NCBI RefSeq assembly: GCF_000372725.1
Contig: NW_005201113.1
Coordinates: 1-64,000, forward strand
Length of the DNA stretch: 64,000 bases
Reading direction: 5' to 3'
Origin: Emiliania huxleyi CCMP1516
Lineage: Eukaryota
The notes under the pieces are model-generated. The model was not told the origin of the DNA. It worked only from the letters and a program-made list of their open reading frames with translations, and did no database searches. Of this stretch, positions 1 through 10,770 are shown piece after piece (the first letter of the stretch is position 1; each line of letters begins with the position of its first letter). The translations under genes were made by a program, and so were the position numbers.

Positions 1-420
1 TGCGATGTTCGCCGCCGCCCGTCAGGTTGTTTTGGGTTACTGTAACTGAGGTGTGCAGTCGGCTCCATCTCGATGAGCATGCCCCACGCCGAGCGAAGGG
101 TCTTGACGAGTCGTTTGAGCAGGTATTTGTGTCGTGTCGCGTGCTTCGCACGCGGGTTGACCATTGCGGCATCGCCGAGTTCTTCGTGTGGCTTGCCGTT
201 TGGCGCCTTCTTGCCCGCCTCCACCGCCTGGCAGGCAACATCGAGCGGGAGGCCGAGGCGGCGCTGAACTGTAATGCGCATCGCCCACGTCTCCATCTTC
301 ATATCATCCCGCATGGGGATCGCATTCAGGAAGGCGCCAGCCCCCTCCTGGCTGACTGCGACGAACCGAATCGCCTCGCGCCAGCACTTGTGGTTCTTGC
401 ACCTGCCAGTCTTGTAGCGG
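1..420 (-). mobile_element. Degenerate C-terminal region (RLE endonuclease side) of a CRE-like non-LTR retrotransposon; runs off the window edge
   Basis: Minus frame reads ...GAGAFLNAIPMRDDMKMETWAMRITVQRRLGLPLDVAC...LGDAA...HATRHKYLLKRLVKTLRSAWG...EP...KQPD, closely similar to 55776-56780. There is an apparent 1-nt frameshift just after PD. The frame stays open upstream to an ATG at 1265, but no RT motifs are seen. Confidence 0.75.
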
Positions 421-1252
421 CCGCCCTGCCGGAGGACGATGGCTGCGAGGGCAATGGCGAGGCAGCCGTGCCGCTCGGCTCCGACGGCGATGCGACCGCC
501 TTCGAGACGGGCGGGGGCGCCTCCTCGGGCGGGGGGGGGGGACGCACGGGGCGCGCAGCTTGGCTCGCGGGAAGACGCAGTCTCCTCTCCCTGCGCCGAG
601 GGCGCCCTCGCCGGCCGAGATCGTGATCGTCGCCGAGCTCGCCCCCGCGACCGCCCATCACCGCGGCGCTGGGCGTCTGCCTTCGCCGCCGCCGCCGCCG
701 CCGCCGCCGTCGCCGCCGCGGCCGCCTTCGCCGCCTTCGCCGCCTCTTTCTGCACCCTCTCCGCCTCTGCCTTGGCGGCCTTATCGGCGATCCTTCGGCT
801 AGTCCGCCCAATCTCTCGCGATGGCGCGTCCGACTTAGGCTGGCTCCGGCGCGCACTGCGTTGTTGAGCGCCGCCGGCCCTGAAGTGGAAGAGCGAGCCG
901 AGGGAGGAGGAGGCGTCGCTAGCGTGGTGGGCGCCGGCGGGTCGTCCCGCTTGGTCGAGCCGCGCCCGCCCACGCCGCTCCGCCTCGAGGCTCTCCTCGA
1001 GCCTGAGGCGCGCCGCGCCCTGTTTCTCTTGCGCCTCGCGGACGGCCGACGCGAGCAGCTTGGCCTCCTCCAGCTCCTCCGCGCGCTGGAGCTGCTCGGC
1101 CTCTCGCCGCTTGCGTGCGCGCGCACGGCGAGAGGCGACGGCAGCCCTCCTTGCGTGGCGGGCGCGCTGGAGCCCATACTCGTCGCGGGCGCGCCTGGCC
1201 GTGCGGAGGGCGTGCGCGAGGTTGCCGTCGTCGGAGAGTGCCGCCGCCTCGC

Positions 1253-1597
1253 GGCATCGCGCCATCGTGCATCGACAGCTCTGAACTGCGCCTCACCACT
1301 GACCGGGAAGGCCGCCAAGTGGGCCAGCACAGGTCGCACATTGTGGCAGCAGTCAGCAGTGCATGTCTGATAGCTGGACCAGCAGCGTCACGGTCGCAGG
1401 GTCGGATCGTGTCAAGCCTCTCGCCCGGCCGGCCGCGTACAGACGCGTCGGCCTGTGTCTGGGCTGTGATCTGTCGGCGGTCAGTACGACCGATCAGGTC
1501 GGAGTTTTCTGATGGTTAGAGGGTCTATCTGTATGTACTCCTCGAGATCTCTCCAAATCTGCCCTCTGTTAGACCGGGTTAGATCGGGAAGTCGGTA
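1253..1597. repeat. Dispersed ~340-bp non-coding repeat, copy 1 (copy 2 at 52557-52900)
   Basis: Near-identical direct match, e.g. atcgacagctctgaactgcgcctcaccactgaccgggaaggccgccaagt...gagatctctccaaatctgccctct. Confidence 0.9.
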
Positions 1598-1619
1598 CCC
1601 CTCTCTATCTTTGGATCTC

Positions 1620-3715
1620 AAAAAATCTTTTTTATCGTCGCGTACCCTATGACGACGTACCCATCCGTCCGGCCCGCCGTCGGGGCGGACGATCGCCTCA
1701 CCTGGTCCGCGCCGCGTCGCACGACGCAGGCGAGGTCACTGCAAACCAACGCATGCGCGTTGGTCTCATGTCAAAATTCGTTCGCAGTGTTGAGCAATGT
1801 ACGCCGCAGTACCTCAACTCTGGCACAGTCCTCGAGCATGCTCAGGGCTCCACTGCCAGCCACAAGTCGGCCTCAAAGCCGACTTGCGGCGGCTCGGCAG
1901 CAGCACACGGCGCGGCTTCACTGCGCTGGAAGGGCGACTGGCGCCGACAGGTGCCGACAACCCTCCACTGTGCGTGAGGCCGTACACGGGTTGCTTGCTG
2001 TGCTGCTGACTCTGGGGAAGCTCGGAGCGGCAGCGACAGCGCTCACCGCCGGTCAGCCCGCCGCAATCGTAGCGGCTGCGCCCGCTCGATTGCGGTTTGT
2101 CGCGCCGACCTCGCCGCGAGGCGAGGTAACGGGTCCAGCATGTGCCAATCGCACATTCTGTGCGGTTCCACGTGCACTCATGGCGGCGACGACACGCGGG
2201 GGGCTGGGCGTGAGCCGCAGCTCCCCCGGGCCAACGGGGGCCTATCCCGGTCACAGCCAGCAGGGGCATACAATTCCTGTACCCAGAGTTACTTCACCGA
2301 GAGTAGCGAGATGCAATCTCGCAGAGCAGCTGCTGATGGCAGCCGGGCCACTGCTGTGGCTCTTCGGCTCTATGGCTCTCCTTGACTCCGTGGTTCGGCG
2401 ACTGCCCTTCACACCGCAGCCTGCGGCCGCCATCCCAGTAGGCATCCCCGAGTCAGCCTCTGCATGGCCGCCCTCCTCTCACCACGCCTCTGCGCGCTTA
2501 CACTCCATCCACCAATGCCCGGTGCACACACGGTGATTCACACCCTCTCACGAAAAACCGCGCTCCTGCTGCCACGGATAGCTCGCAGGAGGCGCATCAG
2601 CGCTTTCAAACGCGCCCGCAGGCACGCCCGCAGGCGCGTCAACAATGTCCCAGTGCCCACCCACGGCTGCGAGTCGCCCAACCCCGCACGCACGGTCCCA
2701 ACCACAAATGGACCCCGTCTCGCGTTCCCCACCCCCGCCGAGTGACAGCCTGCCGGATGAGGCGCCCTAGGGCTCGCACTCAGCCCAACAATCAAGCCAG
2801 TCACTCGGGGTGCCAACACTAACTCAACCGCCGAGATCGACCCTATGCAAGCGACCAGGCGCAAACAGGCGCAAACAGACCTCGGTCTGAGGCGCGCCAC
2901 ACCGCCTTCGGCACTCGCCCGCGCCCGCGATCCCTCGGACGCGTTCCACCCGCGCCCTCACCAACCAAATCCCTCGCCTGAAGCACGCTGAAACCGCCAA
3001 CGCGGCCGATATCACGCGAGATAGTCAGAGCTGACACACAGCTCCATTCACACCTCGAGACCAGAGGCGACTACCACGCTCGACAAAGCCCCGGAACCCG
3101 TCCCCACCACCGCTTGCCTACCCTCCGCGTACGGCGACACCCCGACACGCCACCTCGGCAACACCCCAACATCGGCAGGCAAGATTCACGCCACGACGGG
3201 CAGGCAAGATTCACGCCACGACGGCGCCCCACCCACACAGACTGGACAGGCCTGCTCTCGGAGAGGGGGGCTAGGGGGCCAAATCCACGGCCACAACCCC
3301 CTAGAGGCAATGGAGCTGAGAGAAGGCGCTCGGCTGCAAGGGTAGCAGAGCACCACTCCTACGCCCACGCCCCCTCAAAGACGGCAGAAACAGTCACACG
3401 CAATTAGTACATGGCCCAGCTCGCGCCATCGCCCACACTCGAGCTTTGCAGCGCGCGGGCTCACACTCTACTATAGGCCCCCTCGACGCCCACTTCGAGT
3501 TCTACTCAGCTAAGGGCCGCACTTGACGCTGTAAGCAGCGCGCGGCGAAGCAGTTTGGCGCTTGTGGTGAAATATGGGAATCTAGCCCAAGGTCGGAGAG
3601 TCGTGTCATAGAGAGGAGAGAGTGTGTGGAGATGTTTTGTGCGGGATCAGGCCCGAGTCCCTAGTGTCGCCGGAGCAGGTAGCTCCCTTTTTCGTAAAAC
3701 TGAACAGTTTTTTTT
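1620..3715. mobile_element. Putative 2.1-kb non-autonomous insertion flanked by a 14-bp direct repeat
   Basis: TATCTTTGGATCTC at 1606-1619 and 3716-3729. A-run just inside the left end, T-run just inside the right end. No recognisable protein inside. Confidence 0.5.
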
Positions 3716-3744
3716 TATCTTTGGATCTCGTCATATCTCGACCG

Positions 3745-6117
3745 CTATGTGGGTGTGCCACGGCGCTGCCACACCACGCCCAACGCCTCCAGCCGCTCCA
3801 CCTCCCCGTCGCTCATTGCGCTGGCCTTCCCGCGTTTACGCTCCGCCTCGCTCAGCCCTCGCGCCTTGTAGCGCTTCCGCTGGGTCGACAGCCAAGGGCC
3901 AAGCTTCTCGCCATCCTCCACATGCCCGCTTGGCACGTTGGCGTGCCCCTCTCGCTGCTTGAACGCCTGCAGCAGCCCAAACATGCGCTCCCACTGCTCC
4001 GCCAGCACATCCCAGGCCACGCCCACCGCCTCAAGCCGCTCCACCTCCTCGTCACTCATTGCGCTGGCCCTCCTGCGCTTACGCTCCGCTTCGCTCCACC
4101 CTCGCGCCTGGTAGCGCTTTCGCTGCGTCTGCAGCCAGACACCAAGCTGCTCGCCCTCCTCCACGTGCCGCATCGGCACGTTGGCGTGCCCCTCTCGCTG
4201 CCGGAACGCCTGCAGCAGCCCAAACGTACGCTCCCACTGCTCCGCCAGCACATCCCACACCACGCCCAACGCCTCTAGCCGTTGAGCGCGCATTCCCGGC
4301 AGCAGCCCATGTTTGTGAAGCTTGCGCTGGCGCTGGAGCCAAGCGCCAAGCAGCTCCCCATCCTCCTCATGCCGCCTCGGCACATTGGCGAGCCCCTCTC
4401 GCTCTCGAAATGCCTGCAGCAGCCCAAACATTCGCTCCCAGCGGTCGATGAGCTCCCGCGCCACCGTCGCAACCGTCCGCTCCGCCGCGCGCTGCACGTC
4501 GCCGCGATCTGGCAGCAGCAGCACGCTGCGCAGCGCCTCCGGCCATTCCGAGTAGTCGAGCGGCCCCCCTGCGTGCGCCTCGCCGCTGACGAGCGCAGCG
4601 AGGGCTTCGCGGAACTCCGCGTCCTGCTCGGCATACGCCCTCAAAACCGCCGTCGCCCTGCCATGTGCCCCGCCATCGGCCGCCTCCTCGCTGACCGGCA
4701 CGAGAATGTAGCCGAACGCTTTTCCCGGCGCGACGCGCGACGCGCGGCCCATGCACTGGAGGATGTCGACGTGGCTCTGCTTCGCGTCGGCAAACACGAC
4801 GAGGTCGACCGACGGCAAGTCGACGCCCTCCGCAAGCACGCGGCAGTTGGTCACGAGCTGAGTCGGTGCCTCGGCTTCGCCCGCCCGCCGCAGCGGCGCC
4901 AGCCGCCGCTCTCGCGCGTCCGACAGCATCGACCCGTTGACGCGGCCGACGGCAAACTCGTCCGACTCTAGGACCGACGTCGCGACTAGCTCGAGCCTAG
5001 CAGCGCGGGCGTTGGAGGAGGAGAAGGCAAAGGCGGTGCGGACGCCGTAGCTCCTGCGGCAGTCGAGCATGGCGAGGCAGAGCGCGACCAAGTCCGAGTC
5101 GTCCGTGTCAGAGTCGGACACGCGACCGGCCGCCCACGCTGCATACCTGTCGGCCACGTCCAGAAAGACGAGCTTGAGCGGCGACACTACCCCGAGTCGT
5201 ACCGCCTCGCCGTAGCTTAGCCGGTAAACATGCCGCCCAAAAAGGCTCTCGTCGTCCATCGATCCGGCCGGGATGAGGGCTCCGTCTGCGTCGCGCTTCT
5301 CGCCGATGAGCTTGGGCGTGGCGGTGAGGAAGAGGCGGCGGCGGGCGGGAAGAAACTCGTCAAAGAGCGGCCTCGCAAACCGCTTGCTCGTCCGTCCCGT
5401 GCAGCGGTGCGCCTCGTCACACACCAGCAGGTCGGCCGCAGCTCCAACCTCCCGCAACGCCGCGCCCACGCGATCCGCAGAGTGGTAGGTGCAGAAGATG
5501 ACGCGCGGCGCGCCCTCAGTCTCTCGGAGGAAGGTCGCAATAGCGTCAGTATCCGTCGAGCGCGGCAGCACCGCCCGTGGCACCGACGTTGACGAGCAGA
5601 CTGCCAGCGACCGCAAGCCGTCGAGCGGGCCTGGAGCCGACCGCCAGCGCTCCCAGTCGCGATGCGACTGCGAAACGAGGTCGCGCGCTGGGATGAGCAC
5701 GACGGTGAGAGACGAGGCGAGCGCCTCGGCGACGCGCAAGGCGAGGACGGTCTTGCCGGCGCCGCTGGGAAGCACCGCCGTCGCCCGCGAAGCCACCTCG
5801 CCGTCGCCAGGCGCAGCGCCGCCGCCGCCGGCACCGTCGCCGCGGCCCGTCTCGCCACCACCGTCGCCAGGAGAGCAGCCAAAGACGCGGACGATGGCAG
5901 CGCAAGCCGCGCGTTGCACGGCTGCCTTGCCGCCGCTGCTGTCGAGGGTAGCTTGCAGCAGATGGAGGTGATCGCTGTCCAGCTCTCGCGGCGGTGCCGA
6001 CGCAGGCACGGCCGGCCTGGCCGTGGTGGAGGCGGTGCTCATCGACGCGACGCGCGCATCGCGCGCTGGCGGCTGCCGAGGCGAGAGCAACGCCAGCGCG
6101 AAGAGGCTGCCGATCAT
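3745..6117 (-). CDS. SF2 (DEAH, ResIII-like) helicase with three C-terminal helicase-associated (HA) repeats; intronless
   Basis: Motifs LPSGAGKT, VCDEAHR, LTATP, LAEGVDLP, QCMGRASR. Three repeats of WERxFGLLQAFxxREGHANVP..HxExGExLGxWLxxQR..RLEALGVxW. Start placed at MIGSLFALALL (ATG 6117). Confidence 0.9.
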   Translation of the reverse strand: MIGSLFALALLSPRQPPARDARVASMSTASTTARPAVPASAPPRELDSDHLHLLQATLDSSGGKAAVQRAACAAIVRVFGCSPGDGGGETGRGDGAGGGGAAPGDGEVASRATAVLPSGAGKTVLALRVAEALASSLTVVLIPARDLVSQSHRDWERWRSAPGPLDGLRSLAVCSSTSVPRAVLPRSTDTDAIATFLRETEGAPRVIFCTYHSADRVGAALREVGAAADLLVCDEAHRCTGRTSKRFARPLFDEFLPARRRLFLTATPKLIGEKRDADGALIPAGSMDDESLFGRHVYRLSYGEAVRLGVVSPLKLVFLDVADRYAAWAAGRVSDSDTDDSDLVALCLAMLDCRRSYGVRTAFAFSSSNARAARLELVATSVLESDEFAVGRVNGSMLSDARERRLAPLRRAGEAEAPTQLVTNCRVLAEGVDLPSVDLVVFADAKQSHVDILQCMGRASRVAPGKAFGYILVPVSEEAADGGAHGRATAVLRAYAEQDAEFREALAALVSGEAHAGGPLDYSEWPEALRSVLLLPDRGDVQRAAERTVATVARELIDRWERMFGLLQAFREREGLANVPRRHEEDGELLGAWLQRQRKLHKHGLLPGMRAQRLEALGVVWDVLAEQWERTFGLLQAFRQREGHANVPMRHVEEGEQLGVWLQTQRKRYQARGWSEAERKRRRASAMSDEEVERLEAVGVAWDVLAEQWERMFGLLQAFKQREGHANVPSGHVEDGEKLGPWLSTQRKRYKARGLSEAERKRGKASAMSDGEVERLEALGVVWQRRGTPT

Positions 6118-6739
6118 CTCGGCCACTCCCAAAAAGTCGAAAAAGCAACGTCGGCGGACACTCTCAGAACCGGTGGAGCTGGGAGAGGCTAGCGAAGACG
6201 AAAGGCGGCAGCGGAGGAAGCGACACCAACAACGAGGGAAACGACCACACCGGCCGTCGTATGACGCTCGGCAAGCGAGCAAGAGAGCGAATCGGGGAGA
6301 ACCGGAGCCCCGGGAGGACCGAAGGTGGAGCCCCGGGACCGAAGCTCGAGGCGCGTGAGCCGGACCTGTGAGCCGGACCACCCCCTCTTGTTATCTGCGT
6401 TGTTGAGCCAGGACTCAACATACTCGGGCTTGCGAGTCCCAAACTGTCACTCCCCTTTCTCCCGGCCGGGGTGGGGCGCGCGCGGGGGCGGCGGGTGTGC
6501 GGCGAGCGAGTGTGCGGGATGTCTGTGGGCCCGAGAGCGATATGCCATGTCCGCCTTGCGTTGTTTCATAACATCGGAGGCTAAGCTCAAAAAGAAAAAA
6601 AGAACAAGAAGAAATCGGTCCCGTCTCTTGCAGGACCTGTCGGGTCCGGGTCGGCGGGGTCGGAACCACAAATTTCTCGGAAAAGTCGCCAGCTGAAGCG
6701 GAAGATAACAAGGCCGACTCAAGGACCAAGCAACCTGAG

Positions 6740-8476
6740 ATGATGCTGTCGTCGCTGCAATCGGCTTGGCCGGGCAACTGGATCTCCCGTGCCTTCTTCA
6801 CCTCGACCGCCACGCGACGCTCGAGTGCACGCGTCTGCTCCGTCACCACCTTCTGCCTCCTGCACTCCGCCATCACGATGATGGCCGTCTCGGGCGCGCC
6901 GGTTCCTGTAAGCGAGGATGCTGGTGCTAGACTTGCCGAGCGCCGCATCCTCTCGGCTGAGACGGCCAAGGCGGTCGAGGATGCCCAGGCGGTCGCCGGC
7001 ACCGCCAACGCCGAGCTCCTTGACACAACAATCATCCTCGTCGACAAGGCGTCGGCCGCTGCCGTCGCCAACACTCAGATGACGCTCGCCCAGGCGTCGG
7101 CTGACCTAGCCGCGACGGCGGCCGCCTTCACGCCCCTCGATCCTTCGCCTCCTCCTCCGGCGGCGCCTCCGGCGCCGCATCTATACGGCCGCTCGCTCGG
7201 CGTCGCCGCCAATCTCGCCGCCGCCAAGACGGAGGCGTCGGCGGGCGAGGCGGCGGGGCTGGCGGACGAGGCGAATGCCGAGGCGTGGACCGCCCTCGAG
7301 GCGCAGCTCGACGCTGGCTCAGCCGCCTTCGACGCCGACGCCACGCTCGCCGGCGCCAAGATGGACGACCTCTACGACGAGTGGTTTGTCAGCCTCCCGC
7401 CTTCCCCGCCGTCGTGGCTCTCCGAATGGGGCCTGCCGGACCCGTTCGGCCGGCGCCGCCTCTCCACCCAAAAGACCGCCGAGGCTGCCGCGGCGGCGGA
7501 CGCCGCGGCCCAGCTCGCAAACGACCACGCGTATGACGCGAGCTGGGAGCTCAGCGCAGCAATCAGCTCTGCCGCGCACGCCAATGGCCAGGCCGTCTCG
7601 TCGGCGATCGCCAGCGCCGCGGCCGACGCAATCGACGCGTGGTCGGCCGCCGACCCCGCCCCGCCGCCTCCCCCGCCGTGGACGATGTGGCCGCCTCCCA
7701 CTCCGCCGGCGTTCGCGCGCCGCGAGCTGTCGTCCGCGACGGCGGATGCCGCCGCGGCCATGGATGCCCAGAGCAGCCAGGCGTTTGAGAGGGCGGACGT
7801 GGCAAACGCGAGGCTGGGAGACGCGTGGGCGAGGTGGTTCGGAGCGAACACCGCCGCCACACTCGCAAACATGGCCGCCACCGCCTCCGCCGCGACTGAC
7901 GCGGTCGCGGCGGACTTGCTGCCGCCCTCCCCGCCCGCCCCGCCTCCGTTGCCTCCGCCGCCGCCGTCGCCACCGCCGCCGCCGCCGCCGTCTCCCCCCT
8001 TTGCTGGGGAGAGCTCCTCGTTGGGCGAGAGCTCGCCCGGCGGCTGGGGGGCGGAGCCGGCCGCGACGGCCTCGGCCGCGGCGGAGGAGGAGCTGCGCGT
8101 CGACGTGACGGACGGCCGCGCGTACACCAAGGCGGACTTCATCTCCTTTTACGGCGGGACGGCGGAGTGGGAGAGGAGCCCCGTCTTCCGGCCGCTGCCC
8201 GCAGCGGGCGGCGCGGCAGAGGGCGGGCACGCCGTGGCCGACGCGGAGGAGGAGGAGACCACCGCTTCCTCGCTAAAGAGCCACCTGCACCACCTGTCCA
8301 AGGGAGACCTGGCCGGAGTTGTGGCGGAGGCGCAGCGGCAGCAGGAGGCGGACCCGACGGGCAGCAAGGTGGTGGACAAGTTCGACGCAAAGATGAGCAA
8401 GTACGACCCGACGGGCGGCATGGTGCACGACGGTGCGACGGCGTACAAGGACATTGCGGCCGACCTCTTTGGTTAG
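6740..8476 (+). CDS. Acidic Ala/Pro-rich protein with four repeated modules; probably secreted
   Basis: 578-aa ORF. Hydrophobic stretch ending AVSG-AP; four Ala-rich blocks each ending in poly-Pro; C-terminal short motif ELRVDVTDGRAYTKADFISFYGGTAEW. Confidence 0.7.
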   Translation: MMLSSLQSAWPGNWISRAFFTSTATRRSSARVCSVTTFCLLHSAITMMAVSGAPVPVSEDAGARLAERRILSAETAKAVEDAQAVAGTANAELLDTTIILVDKASAAAVANTQMTLAQASADLAATAAAFTPLDPSPPPPAAPPAPHLYGRSLGVAANLAAAKTEASAGEAAGLADEANAEAWTALEAQLDAGSAAFDADATLAGAKMDDLYDEWFVSLPPSPPSWLSEWGLPDPFGRRRLSTQKTAEAAAAADAAAQLANDHAYDASWELSAAISSAAHANGQAVSSAIASAAADAIDAWSAADPAPPPPPPWTMWPPPTPPAFARRELSSATADAAAAMDAQSSQAFERADVANARLGDAWARWFGANTAATLANMAATASAATDAVAADLLPPSPPAPPPLPPPPPSPPPPPPPSPPFAGESSSLGESSPGGWGAEPAATASAAAEEELRVDVTDGRAYTKADFISFYGGTAEWERSPVFRPLPAAGGAAEGGHAVADAEEEETTASSLKSHLHHLSKGDLAGVVAEAQRQQEADPTGSKVVDKFDAKMSKYDPTGGMVHDGATAYKDIAADLFG

Positions 8477-8832
8477 TGCCGCGGGCGCTCGCCGCAGGCA
8501 TGCCATGCGCCGCCGTCGCGCGTCACGGAGGCATCGCAAGCGCGCCCAGTAGCAGGGCGGGGAACCTGTGCGCAGACACGCGGGGCAGCGGCGGCCATTC
8601 TTCTTCTCGTTCGGGTTTGCATGAGGCATGCTCTGGGGTGTTTACTGTTGCTGCATGGTACTGCCAAAAAACTTTCGAGTCACTCCTCGTCGCAAACCCT
8701 GTCGTCACCTCAACATACTGTATGTTCGTAAAAGCCACACTCCTGAATAAAACGAATCGACGAATAAGCCGCTCCCGAGGTCTCGCGCGAGCATGAGCGG
8801 CCGGGCCCCGGGCAGTCGGTGGACTTGCGGGC

Positions 8833-10254
8833 ATGGGCAGTGCCTTCTCCACGAGCGCCGCACCAGCTGCTGGCGAGCCGGATCCGGACGAAGGCATTGA
8901 GAAGCTCGCTCGGATGCTAGCCGGGGGCAGGTCGATGACTGTCTTTACAGGTGCAGGCTGCTCAGTCGAGCCACCCTCATCCATCCCCGACTTTCGCTCA
9001 CCGGGCGGCCTCTGGTCTCGATACGACCCGGCGGTGTACTGCGAGTACAACACTTTTGTCGGCCAGCCACATCTCTTCTGGGAGATGGCGACGGAGTTGA
9101 CGCGTGACATCCACGCCATCAACGGAGGCACGCAGGAAGAGCTGCTCGAGACGGGCACCGTCCGGCACGCGCGGCCGAACGCGGCGCACGTCGCCATCGC
9201 CGATCTGGAGAGGCTGGGCTGCGTGACCGCCTGCATCACGCAAAACATTGACGGGCTGCATGGGAAGGCTTGCTTCTTTCCTCCCCCTTTCCCCCTCTCT
9301 CTCCATGTCTCACGCACCCGCTGTGCCGGCTGTGGCCAATCTGTGCCCGCTATGGCCCATCAGGCGGGCTCCTCCTCCGTCATCGAGCTTCACGGGCATC
9401 CGACGTGGACATCCGCCGCCACAGGGAGCCGAATTCGGTAGTTCTCGGGACCGTCCTGTAGGCGGCAGAGCTCGGCGACATGCATGGCGTGCGGCGCCGG
9501 CTGCGAAACCGAGGCCGAGGTCATCCCGCAGTGGGTCGCCTGGCAGCAGGCGCAGGCCGCGGCAGCGGCTTGCGCTCCGATTTCGTGTTTCTCTAGTCGC
9601 GCATGTTCCTGATTGCAACAGGCGCAGGGCGCGGGCGGCTCCTTCGTGCCCACTTGCCACTGCCCTAGATGCACGGTTCCTATTTCCCGACTAGCCTCGC
9701 CACGTATTCAGCCCAATCACTGTCTTCGTAACCTACGAATGCACGCGATCGCTCCGAGGTTTGGTGTGTCCGCAACGCAGGCCCGCAGCCAGGGTGCGAG
9801 GGCGTGCTCAAGCCGGATGTCACGCTATTCGGAGAAGCTCTGCCGACGGGTGCCTACGCTCGCGCGGTGGGGAAAGTGCTGGCGGCGCCCACCCCGACTC
9901 GTCGTACGTGCTTACCAGATTTCGTCCTCTCTCTTGACAGGTTTCTATCTTGTAGGCGCCCATCTGCCTCGTCGTCGGTACGTCGCTAAACGTCTTCCCC
10001 GCGAGCACAGTGCTTGGCTCCGCGAAGAAAAGAGCCCCACGGTTCCCTTGTCGTGGATGGCAAACCCCTTTTCATAGGTCCCTGGCTTCGTGACCAAGCG
10101 GTTCGGCACACTCGCAGTCAATAACCTCGACGGCTCGGGTACCGGCGACGCACACATAGTGCTTCGAGGACCCGCGGGCGACACGATGACCAGGCTCGCG
10201 AGGCGCGTTCGAGAGCTGAAGAGCCTCCCCGCGGCAACGGCAGGGCGGCTCTAG
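8833..10254 (+). CDS. NAD-dependent deacylase, Sir2/sirtuin family (multi-exon)
   Basis: VFTGAGCS..IPDFRSPGGLW, PNAAH, ITQNIDGLH, VIELHG, CxxC, LKPDVTLFGE, VVGTSL spread over exons; stop TAG 10252-10254. Confidence 0.92.
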
Positions 10255-10264
10255 TGTCTACGAG

Positions 10265-10320
10265 GGTAAGGTAAGGTAAGGTAAGGTAAATTTCTCCACA
10301 CACACAAAGTGGTGGGGCAG
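10265..10320 (-). mobile_element. 3' end of a (CCTTA)n-tailed retroposon
   Basis: (GTAAG)n-GTAAATTTCTCCACACAC...GTGGTGGGGCA, the same terminus as at 28451, 33887 and 52041. Confidence 0.7.
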
Positions 10321-10770
10321 TGTAGCCTGATGTCGTTCTCATTGTTGTGACTTGTGTTGCGCTGCCTGGGGTGCCCGCGGTTCGTAATAACCGCCAAAAC
10401 TGCTTCGGTCTCAATCTTCAAAAGAGATGACATGTGAGCCCCGCTGCCTTCACGCAGCTTCACATTCGTCAGATCTCGATGCTTCGTCCCTACGTATTTC
10501 TGTCGTCGCCGAACGTCCGGTCGTCCGTGTATGCGCGCGCGCGCTCTAGCCGCGAACGCGGCCGAACGCGCGCATCTCGACATCGCCTTCCGCGGGGCAT
10601 ATCACAATAAAATACGTAATCACACTCACGGATCCGGACGCCGAGAGCTGCTGATCTTGATTGTGTACTGCACTCTAGAAGAGCAGAGCCCCGACACCCG
10701 AGACTCCCGTCCAAAGCTCGCGATGGCGTATGTGACCTCAACGCAAGCAAAATGTATCAGAACAGAGCCC

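Noticed and set aside
1649..2536. 295-aa ORF as a real gene
   Set aside because: No recognisable domain; long ORFs arise by chance at this GC content.
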